This document shows, one piece after another, positions 33,463 through 47,703 of a DNA stretch of 64,000 nt. The translations under genes were made by a program, and so were the position numbers. The notes under the pieces are model-generated. The model did not search any database. It saw nothing but the letters and a program-made list of their open reading frames with translations, and had not been told where the DNA came from. Numbering within the stretch: the first letter of the stretch is position 1; every line of letters begins with the position of its first letter. Source of the stretch: Nemertoderma westbladi (lineage: Eukaryota > Animalia > Xenacoelomorpha). The DNA is taken from assembly GCA_032718475.1 (NCBI GenBank), contig JAUCBJ010008523.1, positions 5,946 through 69,945 of the forward strand, read 5' to 3'.

Positions 33463-36120
33463 GTAAATTTACACACTTATATTATTTTGATGATAAATTT
33501 AAAAGTTTATTTGAAGAATAATTCTAATATTACGGCAATTGTTTGTGGCTGTTACAACATTCCTGCAATTTTTGTGGCTGTCACAATATTACGACAATTG
33601 TTTGTAGCTGTCACAATATTACGACAATTGTTTGTGGCTGTCACAAAATTACTACAATTGTTTGTGGCTGTCGCAAAATTACAACAATTGTTTGTGGCTG
33701 TCACAACATTCGGACAATTGTTTGTGGTCGTCACAACATTACGACAATTGTTTGTGGTTGTCACAACATTACGACAATTTTTTGCGGCTGTCACAACAAT
33801 CCGGCAATTGTTTGCGGCTCTCACAACATTCCGTAAATTGTTTGTAGCTATCACAACAATACGACTATTATTTGTGGCTGTCACACCATTACGACAATTG
33901 TTTGTGGCTGTCACAACATTCCGACAATTGTTTGCGGCTGTTACAATATTACGACAATTGTGTGTGGCTGTCACAACGTTAAGAAAATTGTTTTCTGCAG
34001 TCACAATATTCCGACAATTGTTTGCGGCTGTCACAATATTACGACAATTGTTTGTGGCTGTCAAAACATTACGACAATTGTTTGTGGCTGTCAAAACCGA
34101 GCGATAATTGTTTGTGGCTGTCACAACCTTGCGACAATTGTTTGTGGCTGTCACAGCATTGCGACAATTTTTTGTGGCTATCACAACATTTCGACCATTG
34201 TTTGCGGCTGTCACAATATTACGACAATTGTTTGTGGCTGTCACAACATTACGACAATTATTTGTGGCTGTCACAACCTTGCGATAATTGTTTGTGGCTG
34301 TCACAACATTGCGACAATTTGTTGTGGCTGTCACAACATTTCGACAATTTTTTGTAGCTGTCACAACATTCCGGCAATTGTACGCGGCTGTCACAACATT
34401 ACGACAATTGTTTGTAGCTGTCACAATACTGCGACAATTGTTTGTGGCTGTCTTAACATTCCGACAATTGTTTGTAGTTGTCCCGGTTGCACAGCAGACT
34501 GCTACACTGCAGTTGTTTGTGGCTGATGCAGAATTCCTCCATTGTTTGTGCGTATCACAAAACTACAACATTTGTTTGTGGCTGTCACAACATTCCGGCA
34601 TTTGTTTGCAACTGTTACAACATTCTGAAATTTTTTGGGACTGTCACAACATTACGACAATTTTTGTGGCTGTCACAATATTGCTACAATTGTTTGTGAC
34701 TGTCACAATATTGCGACAATTGTTTGTGACTGTCACACCATTACGACAATTTTTTGTGGCTGTCAAAATATTGCGACAATTGTTTGTGGCTGTCACAATA
34801 TTGAGACAATTGCTTGTGGCTGTCACAACATTACGACAATTGTTTGTGGCAGTCACAACATTACGACAATTGTTTGTGGCTTTCAAAACATTTCGAAAAT
34901 TGTTTGTAGCTGTCACAACATTGCGACAATTGTTTGTGGCTGTCTCAAAATTACGAAAATTGTTTGTAGCTGTCACAACATTGCGACAATTGTTTGTGGC
35001 TGTCTCAACATTACGAAAATTGTTTGTAGCTGTCCCGGTTGCACGGCATACTGCAACACAGCAGTTGTTCGTGGCTGATACAGAATTTCTCCATTGTTTG
35101 TGCGTATCACAAAACTACGACTATTGTTTGTGGCTGTCATAACATTCTGACAATTGTTTGCGGCTGTCACAACATTCTGAAATTGTTTGTGACTGTCACG
35201 ACATTACGACAAGTTTTTGTGGCTGTCACAATATTGCGACAATTGTTTGTGGCTGTCACAATATTCAGACAATTTTTTGTGGCTGTCACAACATTACGAC
35301 AATTGTTTGTGGCTGTCACAACATTACGACAATTGTTTGTGGCTTTTAATACATTACAAAAATTGTTTGCAGCTGTCACAACATTGCGACAATTGTTTGT
35401 GGCTGTCTCAACATTACGAAAATTGTTTGTAGCTGTCCCGGTTGCACGGCATACTGCAACACAGCAGTTGTTTGTGGCTGATACAGAATTTATCCATTGT
35501 TTGTGCGTATCACAAAACTACGACTATTGTTTGTGGTTGTCATAACATTCTGGCAATTGTTTGCGGCTGTCACAACATTCTGAAATTGTTTGTGACTGTC
35601 ACAACATTACGACAATTATATGTGGCTGTCATAATATTGCGACAATTGGTTGTGGCTCTCACAATATTGCGACAATTGCTTGTGGCTGTCACAACATTAC
35701 TACAATTGTTTGTGGCTGTCACAACATTACGACAATTGTTTGTGTCTGTCACAACATTCGGACAATTGTTTGTGGCTGTCACAACATTACGACAATTGTT
35801 TGTGGCTGTTACAACATTGCGACAATTGTTTGTGGCTGTCACAACATTCGGATAATTGTTTGTGGCAGTCCCAACATTGCGACAAATGTTTGTGGCTGTC
35901 ACAACATTCAGACAATTGTTTGTGGCTGTCACAAAATTACTACAATTGATTGTGGCTGTCACAATATTCGGAGAATTTTGTTAGTGTCCCAACACAGTTA
36001 GTTTTAGCTGTGAGATTTTGTGTGTGAAACTACCATGGTAAGAGGTTTGCAAGAGTTACTCTTTGCAAACCTGCAAGCATTGTTTATTAACACAATCCAA
36101 TGTATCTATATTTTTTCTAG

Positions 36121-36249
36121 TTTAACGAAGAAATTGACGACATAACGGATAATATTCCGTTGATATTGGGTGGCTCTGCTGCTCCTGATAAGCAACCGAT
36201 CTGCATAAGCGATGTTGATCTGCTCGATGACCTCACCGCTGATAAAGAG
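36121..36249 (+). CDS. Repeated 129-nt exon, copy 6
   Basis: Same splice signals; copy-3 type. Confidence 0.5.
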
Positions 36250-38143
36250 GTAAATTTACACACTTATATTATTTTGATGATAAATTTAAAAGTTTATTTG
36301 AACAATAATTCTAATATTACGGCAATTGTTTGTGGCTGTTACAACATTCCTGCAATTTTTGTGGCTGTCACAATATTACGACAATTGTTTGTGGCTGTCA
36401 CAACATTGTGACAATTGATTGTGGCTGTCACAATATTACGACAATTGTTTGTAGCTGTCACAATATTACGACAATTCTTTGTGGCTGTCATTACATTGCG
36501 TCAATTGTTTGAGGCTGTCACAATATTGCTACAATTGTTTGTGGTTGTCACAACATTGCGACAATTCTTTGTGGCTGTCACAACATTGTGACAATTGATT
36601 GTGGCTGTCAGAATATTGCGACAATTATTTGTGGCTGTCGCAACATTACGACAATTGTTTGTGGCTGTCACAACATTCGGACAATTGTTTGTGGCCATCA
36701 CAACATTACGACAATTTTTTGTGGCTGTCACAATATTATGACAATTGTTTGTGACTGTCGTAACATTACGACAATTGTTTGTGGCTCTCACAACATTCGG
36801 ACAATTGTTTGTGGCCGTCACAACATTACGACAATTGTTTGTGGTTGTCACAATATTACGACAATTCTTTGTGGCAGTCATTACATTGCGTCAATTGTTT
36901 GTGGTTGTCACAATATTGCAACAATTGTTTGTGGCTGTCACATTATTGAGACAATTGTTTGTGGCTGTCACAACATTACGACAATTGTTTGTGGCAGTCA
37001 CAACATTACGACAATTGTTTGTGGCTTTCAAAACATTTCGAAAATTGTTTGTAGCTGTCACAACATTGCGACAATTGTTTGTGGCTGTCTCAACATTACG
37101 AAAATTGTTTGTAGCTGTCACAACATTGCGACAATTGTTTGTGGCTGTCTCAACATTACGAAAATTGTTTGTAGCTGTCCCGGTTGCACGGCATACTGCA
37201 ACACAGCAGTTGTTCGTGGCTGATACAGAATTTTTCCATTGTTTGTGCGTATCACAAAACTATACTATTGTTTGTGGCTGTCATAACATTCTGACAATTG
37301 TTTGCGGCTGTCACAACATTCTGAAATTGTTTGTGACTGTCACGACATTACGACAAGTTTTTGTGGCTGTCACAATATTGCGACAATTGTTTGTGGCTGT
37401 CACAATATTGAGACAATTTTTTGTGACTGTCACAACATTACGACAATTGTTTGTGGCTGTCACAACATTACGACAATTGTTTGTGGCTTTTAAACATTAC
37501 AAAAATTGTTTGCAGCTGTCACAACATTGCGACAATTGTTTGTGGCTGTCTCAACATTACGAAAATTGTTTGTAGCTGTCCCGGTTGCACGGCATACTGC
37601 AACACAGCAGTTGTTTGTGGCTGATACAGAATTTATCCATTGTTTGTGCGTATCATAAAACTACGACTATTGTTTGTGGTTGTCATAACATTCTGGCAAT
37701 TGTTTGCGGCTGTCACAACATTCTGAAATTGTTTGTGACTGTCACAACATTACGACAATTATATGTGGCTGTCATAATATTGCGACAATTGGTTGTGGCT
37801 GTCACAATATTGCGACAATTGTTTGTGGCTGTTACAACATTGCGACAATTGTTTGTGGCTGTCACAACATTCGGATAATTGTTTGTGGCAGTCCCAACAT
37901 TGCGACAAATGTTTGTGGCTGTCACAACATTCAGACAATTGTTTGTGGCTGTCACAAAATTACTACAATTTATTGTGGCTGTCACAATATTCGGAAAATT
38001 TTGTTAGTGTCCCAACACAGTTAGTTTTAGCTGTGAGATTTTGTGTGTGAAACTACCATGGTAAGAGGTTTGCAAGAGTTACTCTTTGCAAACCTGCAAG
38101 CATTGTTTATTAACACAATCCAATGTATCTATATTTTTTCTAG

Positions 38144-38272
38144 TTTAACGAAGAAATTGACGACATAACGGATAATATTCCGTTGATATTGGGTGGCTCT
38201 GCTGCTCCTGATAAGCAACCGATCTGCATAAGCGATGTTGATCTGCTCGATGACCTCACCGCTGATAAAGAG
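38144..38272 (+). CDS. Repeated 129-nt exon, copy 7
   Basis: Same splice signals; copy-3 type. Confidence 0.5.
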
Positions 38273-39824
38273 GTAAATTTACACACTTATATTATTTTGA
38301 TGATAAATTTAAAAGTTTATTTGAAGAATAATTCTAATATTACGGCAATTGTTTGTGGCTGTTACAACATTCCTGCAATTTTTGTGGCTGTCACAATATT
38401 ACGACAATTGTTTGTAGCTGTCACAATATTACGACAATTGTTTGTAGCTGTCACAATATTACGACAATTGTTTGTGGCTGTCGCAACATTACGACAATTG
38501 TTTGTGGCTGTCACAACATTGTGACAATTGATTGTGGCTGTCACAATATTACGACAATTGTTTGTAGCTGTCACAATATTACGACAATTCTTTGTGGCTG
38601 TCATTACATTGCGTCAATTGTTTGAGGCTGTCACAATATTGTTACAATTGTTTGTGGTTGTCACAACATTGCGACAATTGTTTGTGGCTGTCACAACATT
38701 GTGACAATTGATTGTGGCTGTCGCAACATTACGACAATTGTTTGTGGCTGTCACAACATTCGGACAATTGTTTGTGGCCATCACAACATTACGACAATTT
38801 TTTGTGGCTGTCACAATATTATGACAATTGTTTGTGACTGTCGTAACATTACGACAATTGTTTGTGGCTCTCACAACATTCGGACAATTGTTTGTGGCCG
38901 TCACAACATTACGACAATTGTTTGTGGTTGTCACAATATTACGACAATTCTTTGTGGCTGTCATTACATTGCGTCAATTGTTTGTGGCTGTCACAATATT
39001 GCAACAATTGTTTGTGGCTGTCACATTATTGAAACAATTGTTTGTGGCTGTCACAACATTACGACAATTGTTTGTGGCTGTCACAACATTACGACAATTG
39101 TTTGTGGCTTTCAAAACATTACGAAAATTGTTTGTAGCTGTCACAACATTGCGACAATTGTTTGTGGCAGTCTCAACATTACAAAAATTGTTTGTAGCTG
39201 TCCCGGTTGCACGGCATACTGCAACACAGCAGTTGTTGGTTCTGATACAGAATTTCTCCATTGTTTGTGCGTATCACAAAACTACGACTATTGTTTGTGG
39301 CTGTCATAACATTCTGGCAATTGTTTGCGGCTATCACAACATTCTGAAATTGTTTGTGACTGTCACAACATTACGACAATTTTTTGTGGCTGTCACAATA
39401 TTGCGACAATTGCTTGTGGCTGTCACAACATTACTACAATTGTTTGTGGCTGTCACAACATTACGACAATTGTTTGTGGCTATCACAACATTCGGACAAT
39501 TGTTTGTGGCTGTTACAACATTGCGACAATTGTTTGTGGCTGCCACAACATTCGGAAAATTGTTTGTGGCAGTCCCAACATTGCGACAAATGTTTGTGGC
39601 TGTCACAACATTCAGACAATTGTTTGTGGCTGTCACAAAATTACTACAATTGATTGTGGCTGTCACAATATTCGGAAAATTTTGTTAGTGTCCCAACACA
39701 GTTAGTTTTAGCTGTGAGATTTTGTGTGTGAAACTACCATGGTAAGAGGTTTGCAAGAGTTACTTTTTGCAAACCTGCAAGCATTGTTTATTAACACAAT
39801 CCAATGTATCTATATTTTTTCTAG

Positions 39825-39953
39825 TTTAACGAAGAAATTGACGACATAACGGATAATATTCCGTTGATATTGGGTGGCTCTGCTGCTCCTGAAAAGCAAC
39901 CGATCTGCATAAGCGATGTTGATCTGCTCGATGAACCCACCGCTGATAAAGCG
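39825..39953 (+). CDS. Repeated 129-nt exon, copy 8
   Basis: Same splice signals; mosaic of copy-3 and copy-4 types, plus E43A. Confidence 0.5.
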
Positions 39954-41387
39954 GTAAATTTACACACTTATATTATTTTGATGATAAATTTAAAAGTTTA
40001 TTTGAAGATTAATTCTAATATTACGGCAATTGTTTGTGGCTGTTACAACATTTGGACAATTGTTTGTGGCCGTCACAACATTGTGACAATTGATTGTGGC
40101 TGTCACAATATTACGACAATTGTTTGTAGCTGTCACAATGTTACGACAATTGTTTGTGGCTGTCGCAACATTACGACAATGGTTTGTGGCTGTCACAACA
40201 TTGTGACAATTGATTGTGGCTGTCACAATATTACGACAATTGTTTGTGGCTGTCACAACATTGTGACAATTGATTGTGGCTGTCACAATATTACGACAAT
40301 TGTTTGTAGCTGTCACAATATTACGACAATTCTTTGTGGCTGTCATTACATGGCGTCAATTGTTTGAGGCTGTCACAATATTGCTACAATTGTTTGTGGT
40401 TGTCACAACATTGCGACAATTGTTTGTGGCTGTCACAACATTGTGACAATTGATTGTGGCTGTCAGAATATTGCGACAATTGTTTGTAGCTGTCGCAACA
40501 TTACGACAATTGTTTGTGGCTGTCACAACATTCGGACAATTGTTTGTGGCCGTCACAACATTACGACAATTTTTTGTGGCTGTCACAATATTACGACAAT
40601 TGTTTGTGACTGTCGCAACATTACGACAATTGTTTGTGGCTGTCACAACATTCGGACAATTGTTTGTGGCCGTCACAACATTACGACAATTGTTTGTGGT
40701 TGTCACAATACTACGACAATTGTTTATGGCTGTCTCAACATTACGAAAATTGTTTGTAGCTGTCCCGGTTGCACGGCATACTGCAACACAGCAGTTGTTC
40801 GTGGCTGATACAGAATTTCTCCATTGTTTGTGCGTATCACAAAACTACGACTATTGTTTGTGGCTGTCATAACATTCTGGCAATTGTTTGCGGCTGTCAC
40901 AACATTCTGAAATTGTTTGTGACTGTCACAACATTACGACAATTTTTTGTGGCTGTCACAATATTGCGACAATTGCTTGTGGCTGTCACAACATTACTAC
41001 AATTGTTTGTGGCTGTCACAACATTACGACAATTGTTTGTGGCTATCACAACATTCGGACAATTGTTTGTGGCTGTTACAACATTGCGACAATTGTTTGT
41101 GGCTGCCACAACATTCGGAAAATTGTTTGTGGCAATCCCAACATTGCGACAAATGTTTGTGGCTGTCACAACATTCAGACAATTGTTTGTGGCTGTCACA
41201 AAATTACTACAATTGATTGTGGCTGTCACAATATTCGGAAAATTTTGTTAGTGTCCCAACACAGTTAGTTTTAGCTGTGAGATTTTGTGTGTGAAACTAC
41301 CATGGTAAGAGGTTTGCAAGAGTTACTTTTTGCAAACCTGCAAGCATTGTTTATTAACACAATCCAATGTATCTATATTTTTTCTAG

Positions 41388-41516
41388 TTTAACGAAGAAA
41401 TTGACGACATAACGGATAATATTCCGTTGATATTGGGTGGCTCTGCTGCTCCTGATAAGCAACCGATCTGCACAAGCGATCTTGATCTGCTCGATGAACC
41501 CACCGCTGATAAAGAG
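41388..41516 (+). CDS. Repeated 129-nt exon, copy 9
   Basis: Acceptor intact, donor GAG|GTACAT; same peptide as copy 1. Confidence 0.5.
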
Positions 41517-42535
41517 GTACATTTACACACTTATATTATTTTGATGATAAATTTAAAAGTTTATTTGAAGATTAATTCTAATATTACGGCAATTGTTTGT
41601 GGCTGTTACAACATTTGGACAATTGTTTGTGGCCGTCACAACATTGTGACAATTGATTGTGGCTGTCACAATATTACGACAATTGTTTGTAGCTGTCACA
41701 ATGTTACGACAATTGTTTGTGGCTGTCGCAACATTACGACAATGGTTTGTGGCTGTCACAACATTGTGACAATTGATTGTGGCTGTCACAATATTACGAC
41801 AATTGTTTGTGGCTGTCACAACATTGTGACAATTGATTGTGGCTGTCACAATATTACGACAATTGTTTGTAGCTGTCACAATAATACGACAATTCTTTGT
41901 GGCTGTCACAATATTGCTACAATTGTTTGTGGTTGTCACAACATTGCGACAATTGTTTGTGGCTGTCACAACATTGTGACAATTGATTGTGGCTGTCAGA
42001 ATATTGCGACAATTGTTTGTGGCTGTCGCAACATTACGACAATTGTTTGTGGCTGTCACAACATTCGGACAATTGTTTGTGGCCGTCACAACATTACGAC
42101 AATTTTTTGTGGCTGTCACAATATTACGACAATTGTTTGTGACTGTCGCAACATTACGACAATTGTTTGTGGCTGTCACAACATTCGGACAATTGTTTGT
42201 GGCCGTCACAACATTACGACAATTGTTTGTGGTTGTCACAATACTACGACAATTGTTTGTGGCTGTCACAACATTCGGACAATTGTTTGTGGCCGTCACA
42301 ACATTACGACAATTTTTTGTGGCTGTCACAATATTACGACAATTGTTTGTGACTGTCGCAACATTACGACAATTGTTTGTGGCTGTCACAACATTCGGAC
42401 AATTGTTTGTGGCCGTCACAACATTACGACAATTGTTTGTGGTTGTCACAATACTACGACAATTGTTTGTGACTGTCACAACATTACGATATTTTTTTGT
42501 GGCTGTCATAATATTGCGACAATTGTTTGTGGTCC

Positions 42536-43091
42536 CCAAGAAAAAAGAAAACGCTAGCCCCCAAGAAAAGAAGTGGGGGTGTTGGGGACGATAGCCCCCA
42601 AGAAAAGAAGTGGGGGTGTTGGGGACGATAGCCCCCAAGAAAAGAAGTGGGGGTGTTGGGTACGATAGCCCCCAAGAAAAGAAGTGGGGGTGTTGGGGAC
42701 GATAGCCCCCAAGAAAAGAAGTGGCGGTGTTGGGGACGATAGCCCCCAAGAAAAGAAGTGGGGGTTTTGGGGACGATAGCCCCCAAGAAAAGAAGTGGGG
42801 GTTTTGGGGACGATAGCCCCCAAGAAAAGAAGTGGGGGTGTTGGGGACGATAGCCCCCACGAAAAGAAGTGGGGAAAAGAAGTGGGGGTGTTGGGGACGA
42901 TAGCCCCCAAGCAAAGAAGTGGCGGTGTTGGGGACGATAGCCCCCAAGAAAAGAAGTGGGGGTGTTGGGGACGATAGCCCCCACGAAAAGAAGTGGGGGT
43001 GTTGGGGACGATAGCCCCCAAGAAAAGAAGTGGGGGTGTTGGGGACGATAGCCCCCAAGAAACGGAGTGGGGGTGTTGGGGACGATAGCCC
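42536..43091. repeat. 37-bp G-rich minisatellite, array 3 (~15 units)
   Basis: Same unit; fused directly to the 30-bp satellite. Confidence 0.97.
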
Positions 43092-43985
43092 TTATGTTAT
43101 ACTGTTACCCTTTACTCATAGCCATAGATCATTTTAGGCATATTGATTCTGAAAAAACGGAGAAGACCCTATAATAGTCAATGTGGGCCAGTCTGAATGA
43201 ATACAAAGGTTTTCTTCACATAATGTTAATATTGGTGCTTTAACGTACTTGTAGCTCATTCACATTTGACTTAAGACATATATATGTGAAGTCATTGCAT
43301 TTTACTCATAGCCAGACATCTATCATATTAAAGTTATTAATCAAACGGCAAGCCGGCTTCAGGGCGCGACAATGCATTTCGTGTACTGACTGAGAAATAA
43401 AGGAGTTTCTTTACGCCCGACTCTATCTGTTTTATTATACAATCCAATTAATTTCTCCCACTAGGGGCATCATCAGGGAAATAAACTAAAAAAACAGAAA
43501 TACCGCACAAGGTATGTAAGATGAGGAAGACTTGTAAGTATGGCTTGGAGTATATTATATAAACCTAAAATGGCCAATTAGAACAAACTTGAATAAATCA
43601 TGTTCGATTATAAATTATTCAAATTATGTATATATATTTATTTTATTTATTATTATTTATGTATTTTGTTATATTTACCTCACCGGCTCGGCACTCGGTA
43701 AATACTTGGATAAGGTAGAAAGTAGCAGAAATAACCAGAAAGCGGGAATTTGTAAATAACACATACAATGCAAAAAATTATAAAGTCACACACACATCGC
43801 AACCACCCCTCCGACGCCCCTTAGCAGATGTTTTGTAATTTTCATTTCGTGTGTGAAAAAAACATGACACAAACTCTGCAAATTGTTGATGTGAAGATAT
43901 AATGAATTTTACAGTTAGTAAAATTCAAAATTCAGTGTGTGAAAGAACCATGGCGGGTGTGCGTGTGTGTGTGTGTGTGTGTGTG
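43092..43985. repeat. Duplicated unique segment, copy 3 (no MITE), ending in (GT)n
   Basis: Colinear with 10194-10664 plus 11212-11651. Confidence 0.93.
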
Positions 43986-44835
43986 TTACGAATAAAACAA
44001 TTTTGGTGTATCACCGTTATACTAGGTTTTGGTGATTTTATCAAAATAACAATACCAATAACAATAAGCTAGTCGCACGCTGTAGGCGGAATAACTGACA
44101 TCAAAAGGGCTCTCTCCTCCTTCATTCACAACTCAACCGGGCAATTACGGTGTTCATAACTACACCCGTGATTGCCACTAATACCATATTCTGATCGTGA
44201 GATAAGGAAATAGGTGTTAATTTACTACCATACGAATAGCTGATCTGGTATATAAATTTGATTCTAGAACTTTGTTACTGCGGTGGACTGCAGCAAATAC
44301 CTATCAGTACATGGCAAGGGCGCGGTAGGATGTTAGGATGTTAGTAAAACTCCCTAAGCCAAACGTGTGCCGGTAGCAGAAAGCTGCCTCTTGCCTGATC
44401 AAATATTTTGGAATCAGACAGGTCGGGCAAACTATAAGGCCTACAAAGCTAACCGGTACTGTACTGTCAGTACTGCAAATCACCAAATTATAGAGCGTGC
44501 TATTCGAACCTAAGGGTTTTTCCCTGTCTGAATCTGAGATGTTTAATCCTAAATTTTACAGTGTCCGAGGACGGCGTCACGTTTTACCCTGATCTAAAGG
44601 TCTTACGGCGGGCAAGGGCGTCGAACAAAGTCTTACCTTCCTCTGACATGGGTGCTTTCTGGCAGTGATGCATACTCTCGAATGGGCGTGGGCGAAGATA
44701 ATGTGGGCTCTCTAATGCGTTGTTGAAATCTTTCCCCCTTATGTTGCTGAAGCCTAACGGTCTAGGCAGCCATTCCCCGAAGCGTTTGGCTGTCTCAAGA
44801 TAGATACGTTAAAACTACATGTCAAGGAGTTTGCA
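43984..44835. mobile_element. LTR-like direct repeat, left copy
   Basis: Begins TGTTACG and aligns with 59121-60027 (roughly 80% identical by eye, one ~60-bp indel). The two copies bracket the BEL/Pao coding region. Confidence 0.65.
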
Positions 44836-44911
44836 CATAGCATAGCTAGTTTATCAATTTCGACGAGATTTATCCAGATTCACTAAAGAAGACGAAAATA
44901 ATTCACATTTT

Positions 44912-45522
44912 TAAACCCGCGGATACCAATGGACAAATATACACCATATACCCGTAATATAGTGTCATTTTCTGATGACACGGACCCCCCCCCCCCCCAA
45001 ATTTGTCTACAAATCTTTATCATATTGCTTGAAATTTGAAACACAACTAGTTCAACTCACCGTAGTTGTTACCATGAAGCCATAATTTTCGATTTCGCCT
45101 TTAAATTTTTTTTATAAGCGTTTTAAAAAAGTGTCTTTTGCGATTTCGCATCCTTCTTATCATTGCCATTCTTCACTTTAGTCGTAATTTTTTCATATCA
45201 ATAGAAAGCTTGCGTTGAAAGGATTCCAAATATGTAACAATATATGAATTTCGTTGAGAAACAGCTGAGATAAAGGCGTTCAAATATTGTAAGAATTATA
45301 GATCGCTGCAGGCCATTTATTCTATTTTATAAATACACAAAATTTTAGAACGTGTTATTTATTTTATGAGTTGTTAGGCAACAGTGGAATGCCTATACAA
45401 TATCTATATTGCATAGCTAATCATACATAAACAAATTGTTCCAGAATATTGTGTGTTTATTAAATAGAATAAATGGCCTGCAGCGAACAATAATTCTTTC
45501 AATCTTCGAAAGATTAAATCAG
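44912..45522. mobile_element. Probable DNA-transposon remnant with an internal foldback
   Basis: Inverted arms CGCTGCAGGCCATTTATTCTATTT (45304 onward) and AAATAGAATAAATGGCCTGCAGCG (ending 45485), extending imperfectly over ~45265-45522. Confidence 0.5.
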
Positions 45523-47703
45523 TCCAAATATAAACAAAATACAATAATCTAAAATAATTCCTAAAATGTCCTCCCGGCGATCTTAAAGTTCATCCTGCTG
45601 GTCTCTAGTCCATAACTCTGAGCGCTAATGCTAACGGTAGGCTCACAAGCCTTCCTTTCTCCACAATCTTGCTCCTCAATGCCAACGGTAGGTTCGCAAG
45701 CCTTCCTTCCTCCACAACCTCGCTCCTTAACGTTTTGTTGAGCGAGCTCAACCTCGCCCTTTAATATGATTGGGGGGTGGTTGAGGTCGAACTGGGCTCA
45801 GGCTGCTCCGGTGTCGAATTGTCTGTGGTTCCAAAATGCTGGGAATCGGAATGACTTGCATCTCGCACATCCATCGGGCGCTTAATCCATGAAATCCTCA
45901 TCCGATCCCAATCTTTCACTTAGTCGGATCAGATGGAGTATCTGCGACGCTTGGAGGGAGTTTGAGGGGCAGAACTTAGCCATCCGCATACACCTCCTTC
46001 TCAGACATCGTCTTAACCATCATGGGTTCGGGCAAAGGGAATCCTGTCCCTCCGTGCGGTTCTCTAGGAAGGGAAATGGTGCCTCGGGTCATCCGGATAT
46101 GCGATTTGGAAGTCATCCTCTCGGTAATATTACTGTCTTCTTGATCTCTTGGCTGGCCTTTTGGGCTTTAAGTATGCAGTATTATGCGTCTTCCTGGGGG
46201 TGGCGTATTCTCTCTGGCAATGGTGTCGCCTTAAAACCAGTTTCACATAGAACATCTGCTTCGTCTAGTATACACGAGGTCACGCGTTTGTGATAGAACG
46301 CGCTCCAGTATGCCCAAGCAATAGAATGTCAGGCTCCCCGATTTCGCTGTTCGACTCACAAGTTGTCGAACTCTCCGGGGTTATCCGGTTCACCATAGTT
46401 TGAAAGTTCCAAGTATTCTTGTTATCTAGGTGAACTTGGAGGAAATAATTGCGTACGACTTTAAATCCGCTATCTAGTGGCATTATGTCGAGTACCTCCA
46501 ATAATTTGTCGTACTGAGGCATCGCTGATACTTTGACATTATTAGAGGGTTGGCGGCCCAGAATCCTAGATGCGCTCTCATAGGGAAACGTCATCGCTGT
46601 GTCGATACATGCTCGTCCACTAAGTCCTCCCAATGGTCAAATAGCTGCCACATTATCTTCACCGACATATGCTCGCAGGGGACGTCTCGGATTTGACATT
46701 CCGACGTTCATTCGATGTTATAGTAGGTGCATTGAACCACAAAGCGCCAACAGGTGTAGAAAGTGTGGGACTGCTGATCCCCACACCAGTTGCACACTAA
46801 ATCTAGTAGAGAGATATGCTTTGCTCCACATTTCTTGGCATGATGCCCTGTAGTCCCACATCTGCTGCAAATGGCGTTGGCAGGGTACCAAAAGCATTCG
46901 TAGATGGGATCTCCTATAATCTACTACTGTTCTTGTGATAGTCTTCATCATCGGGGTCAGTCGGTATGTTCGTCTCCGTAGGTTGTACACAAACCATGGC
47001 GTCACAAACCAATTGTACACAAACCATGATCTTTGTTTGCATCTTCCTCGGAAGGTTCTCCTCTATCTCAATAACTTGCCACAACGGCTCGTCAATTATC
47101 GTGGACTCGGTCGGATCTTCATCAGGATGATGAACGGTAGGCGTGCGCGCCTTCCATGATCCTTCCAGGTCCTTAATCTCCGCGTGGCATTCCCCATCAT
47201 AGGGTACTAACGTTAACATCGACGGTCTGTCGACTAGACTTCCCGCGTGGGTGAGATAAATGTTGCGAAAAATGCTGAATCCCGCGCACGTGAAAACATC
47301 ACAGTGGGCGTCAGTGTTATAGAATGGTTGAAGGAATCGACTGAATTCTTCCGTATGCATCCTCCCTTCCTCGTAATCTGTATGTCCCTCTCTGAGAGAT
47401 AGCGAGTGTCGCTTTAAAGTCCAAGACACTATATAGGCAATGAAACATATGTTGACTGATGACTCTATCACCAAATAATATTGTAGGATTATCCGCGGAG
47501 GTGAGGTAATCGCCAAGTATACACACCCTCTCAATTTCAACTATGATTCAAACTCAATGACATTAGGGGCATCTCCTTCTCTATATACATCCGTATATTT
47601 GATGCTCTTACTCTCCTTATAATCCCAATTGAACATTATGTAGGAGATATAGCCAGTTCCAGTTTTGAGCCTGTTATACTCCCGGAAATATCCTTACTCT
47701 ATA

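Larger units (their letters stand above)
21560..42535. repeat. 30-bp satellite (~600 units) with higher-order structure
   Basis: Consensus GCTGTCACAACATTACGACAATTGTTTGTG. It contains recurring diverged blocks (GTCCCGGTTGCACGGCATACTGC...) and is interrupted by ~330-bp exon-bearing cassettes. Confidence 0.98.

Noticed and set aside
21560-42535. CRISPR-like array
   Set aside because: The units are head-to-tail with no unique spacers, there are no cas genes, and the context is eukaryotic.
21551-42594. Cys/His-rich CGCHNITTIV repeat proteins, including the 376-aa ORF at 41427
   Set aside because: These are translations of the 30-bp satellite with frequent frameshifts. The 41427 ORF is read-through of the exon donor into the satellite.
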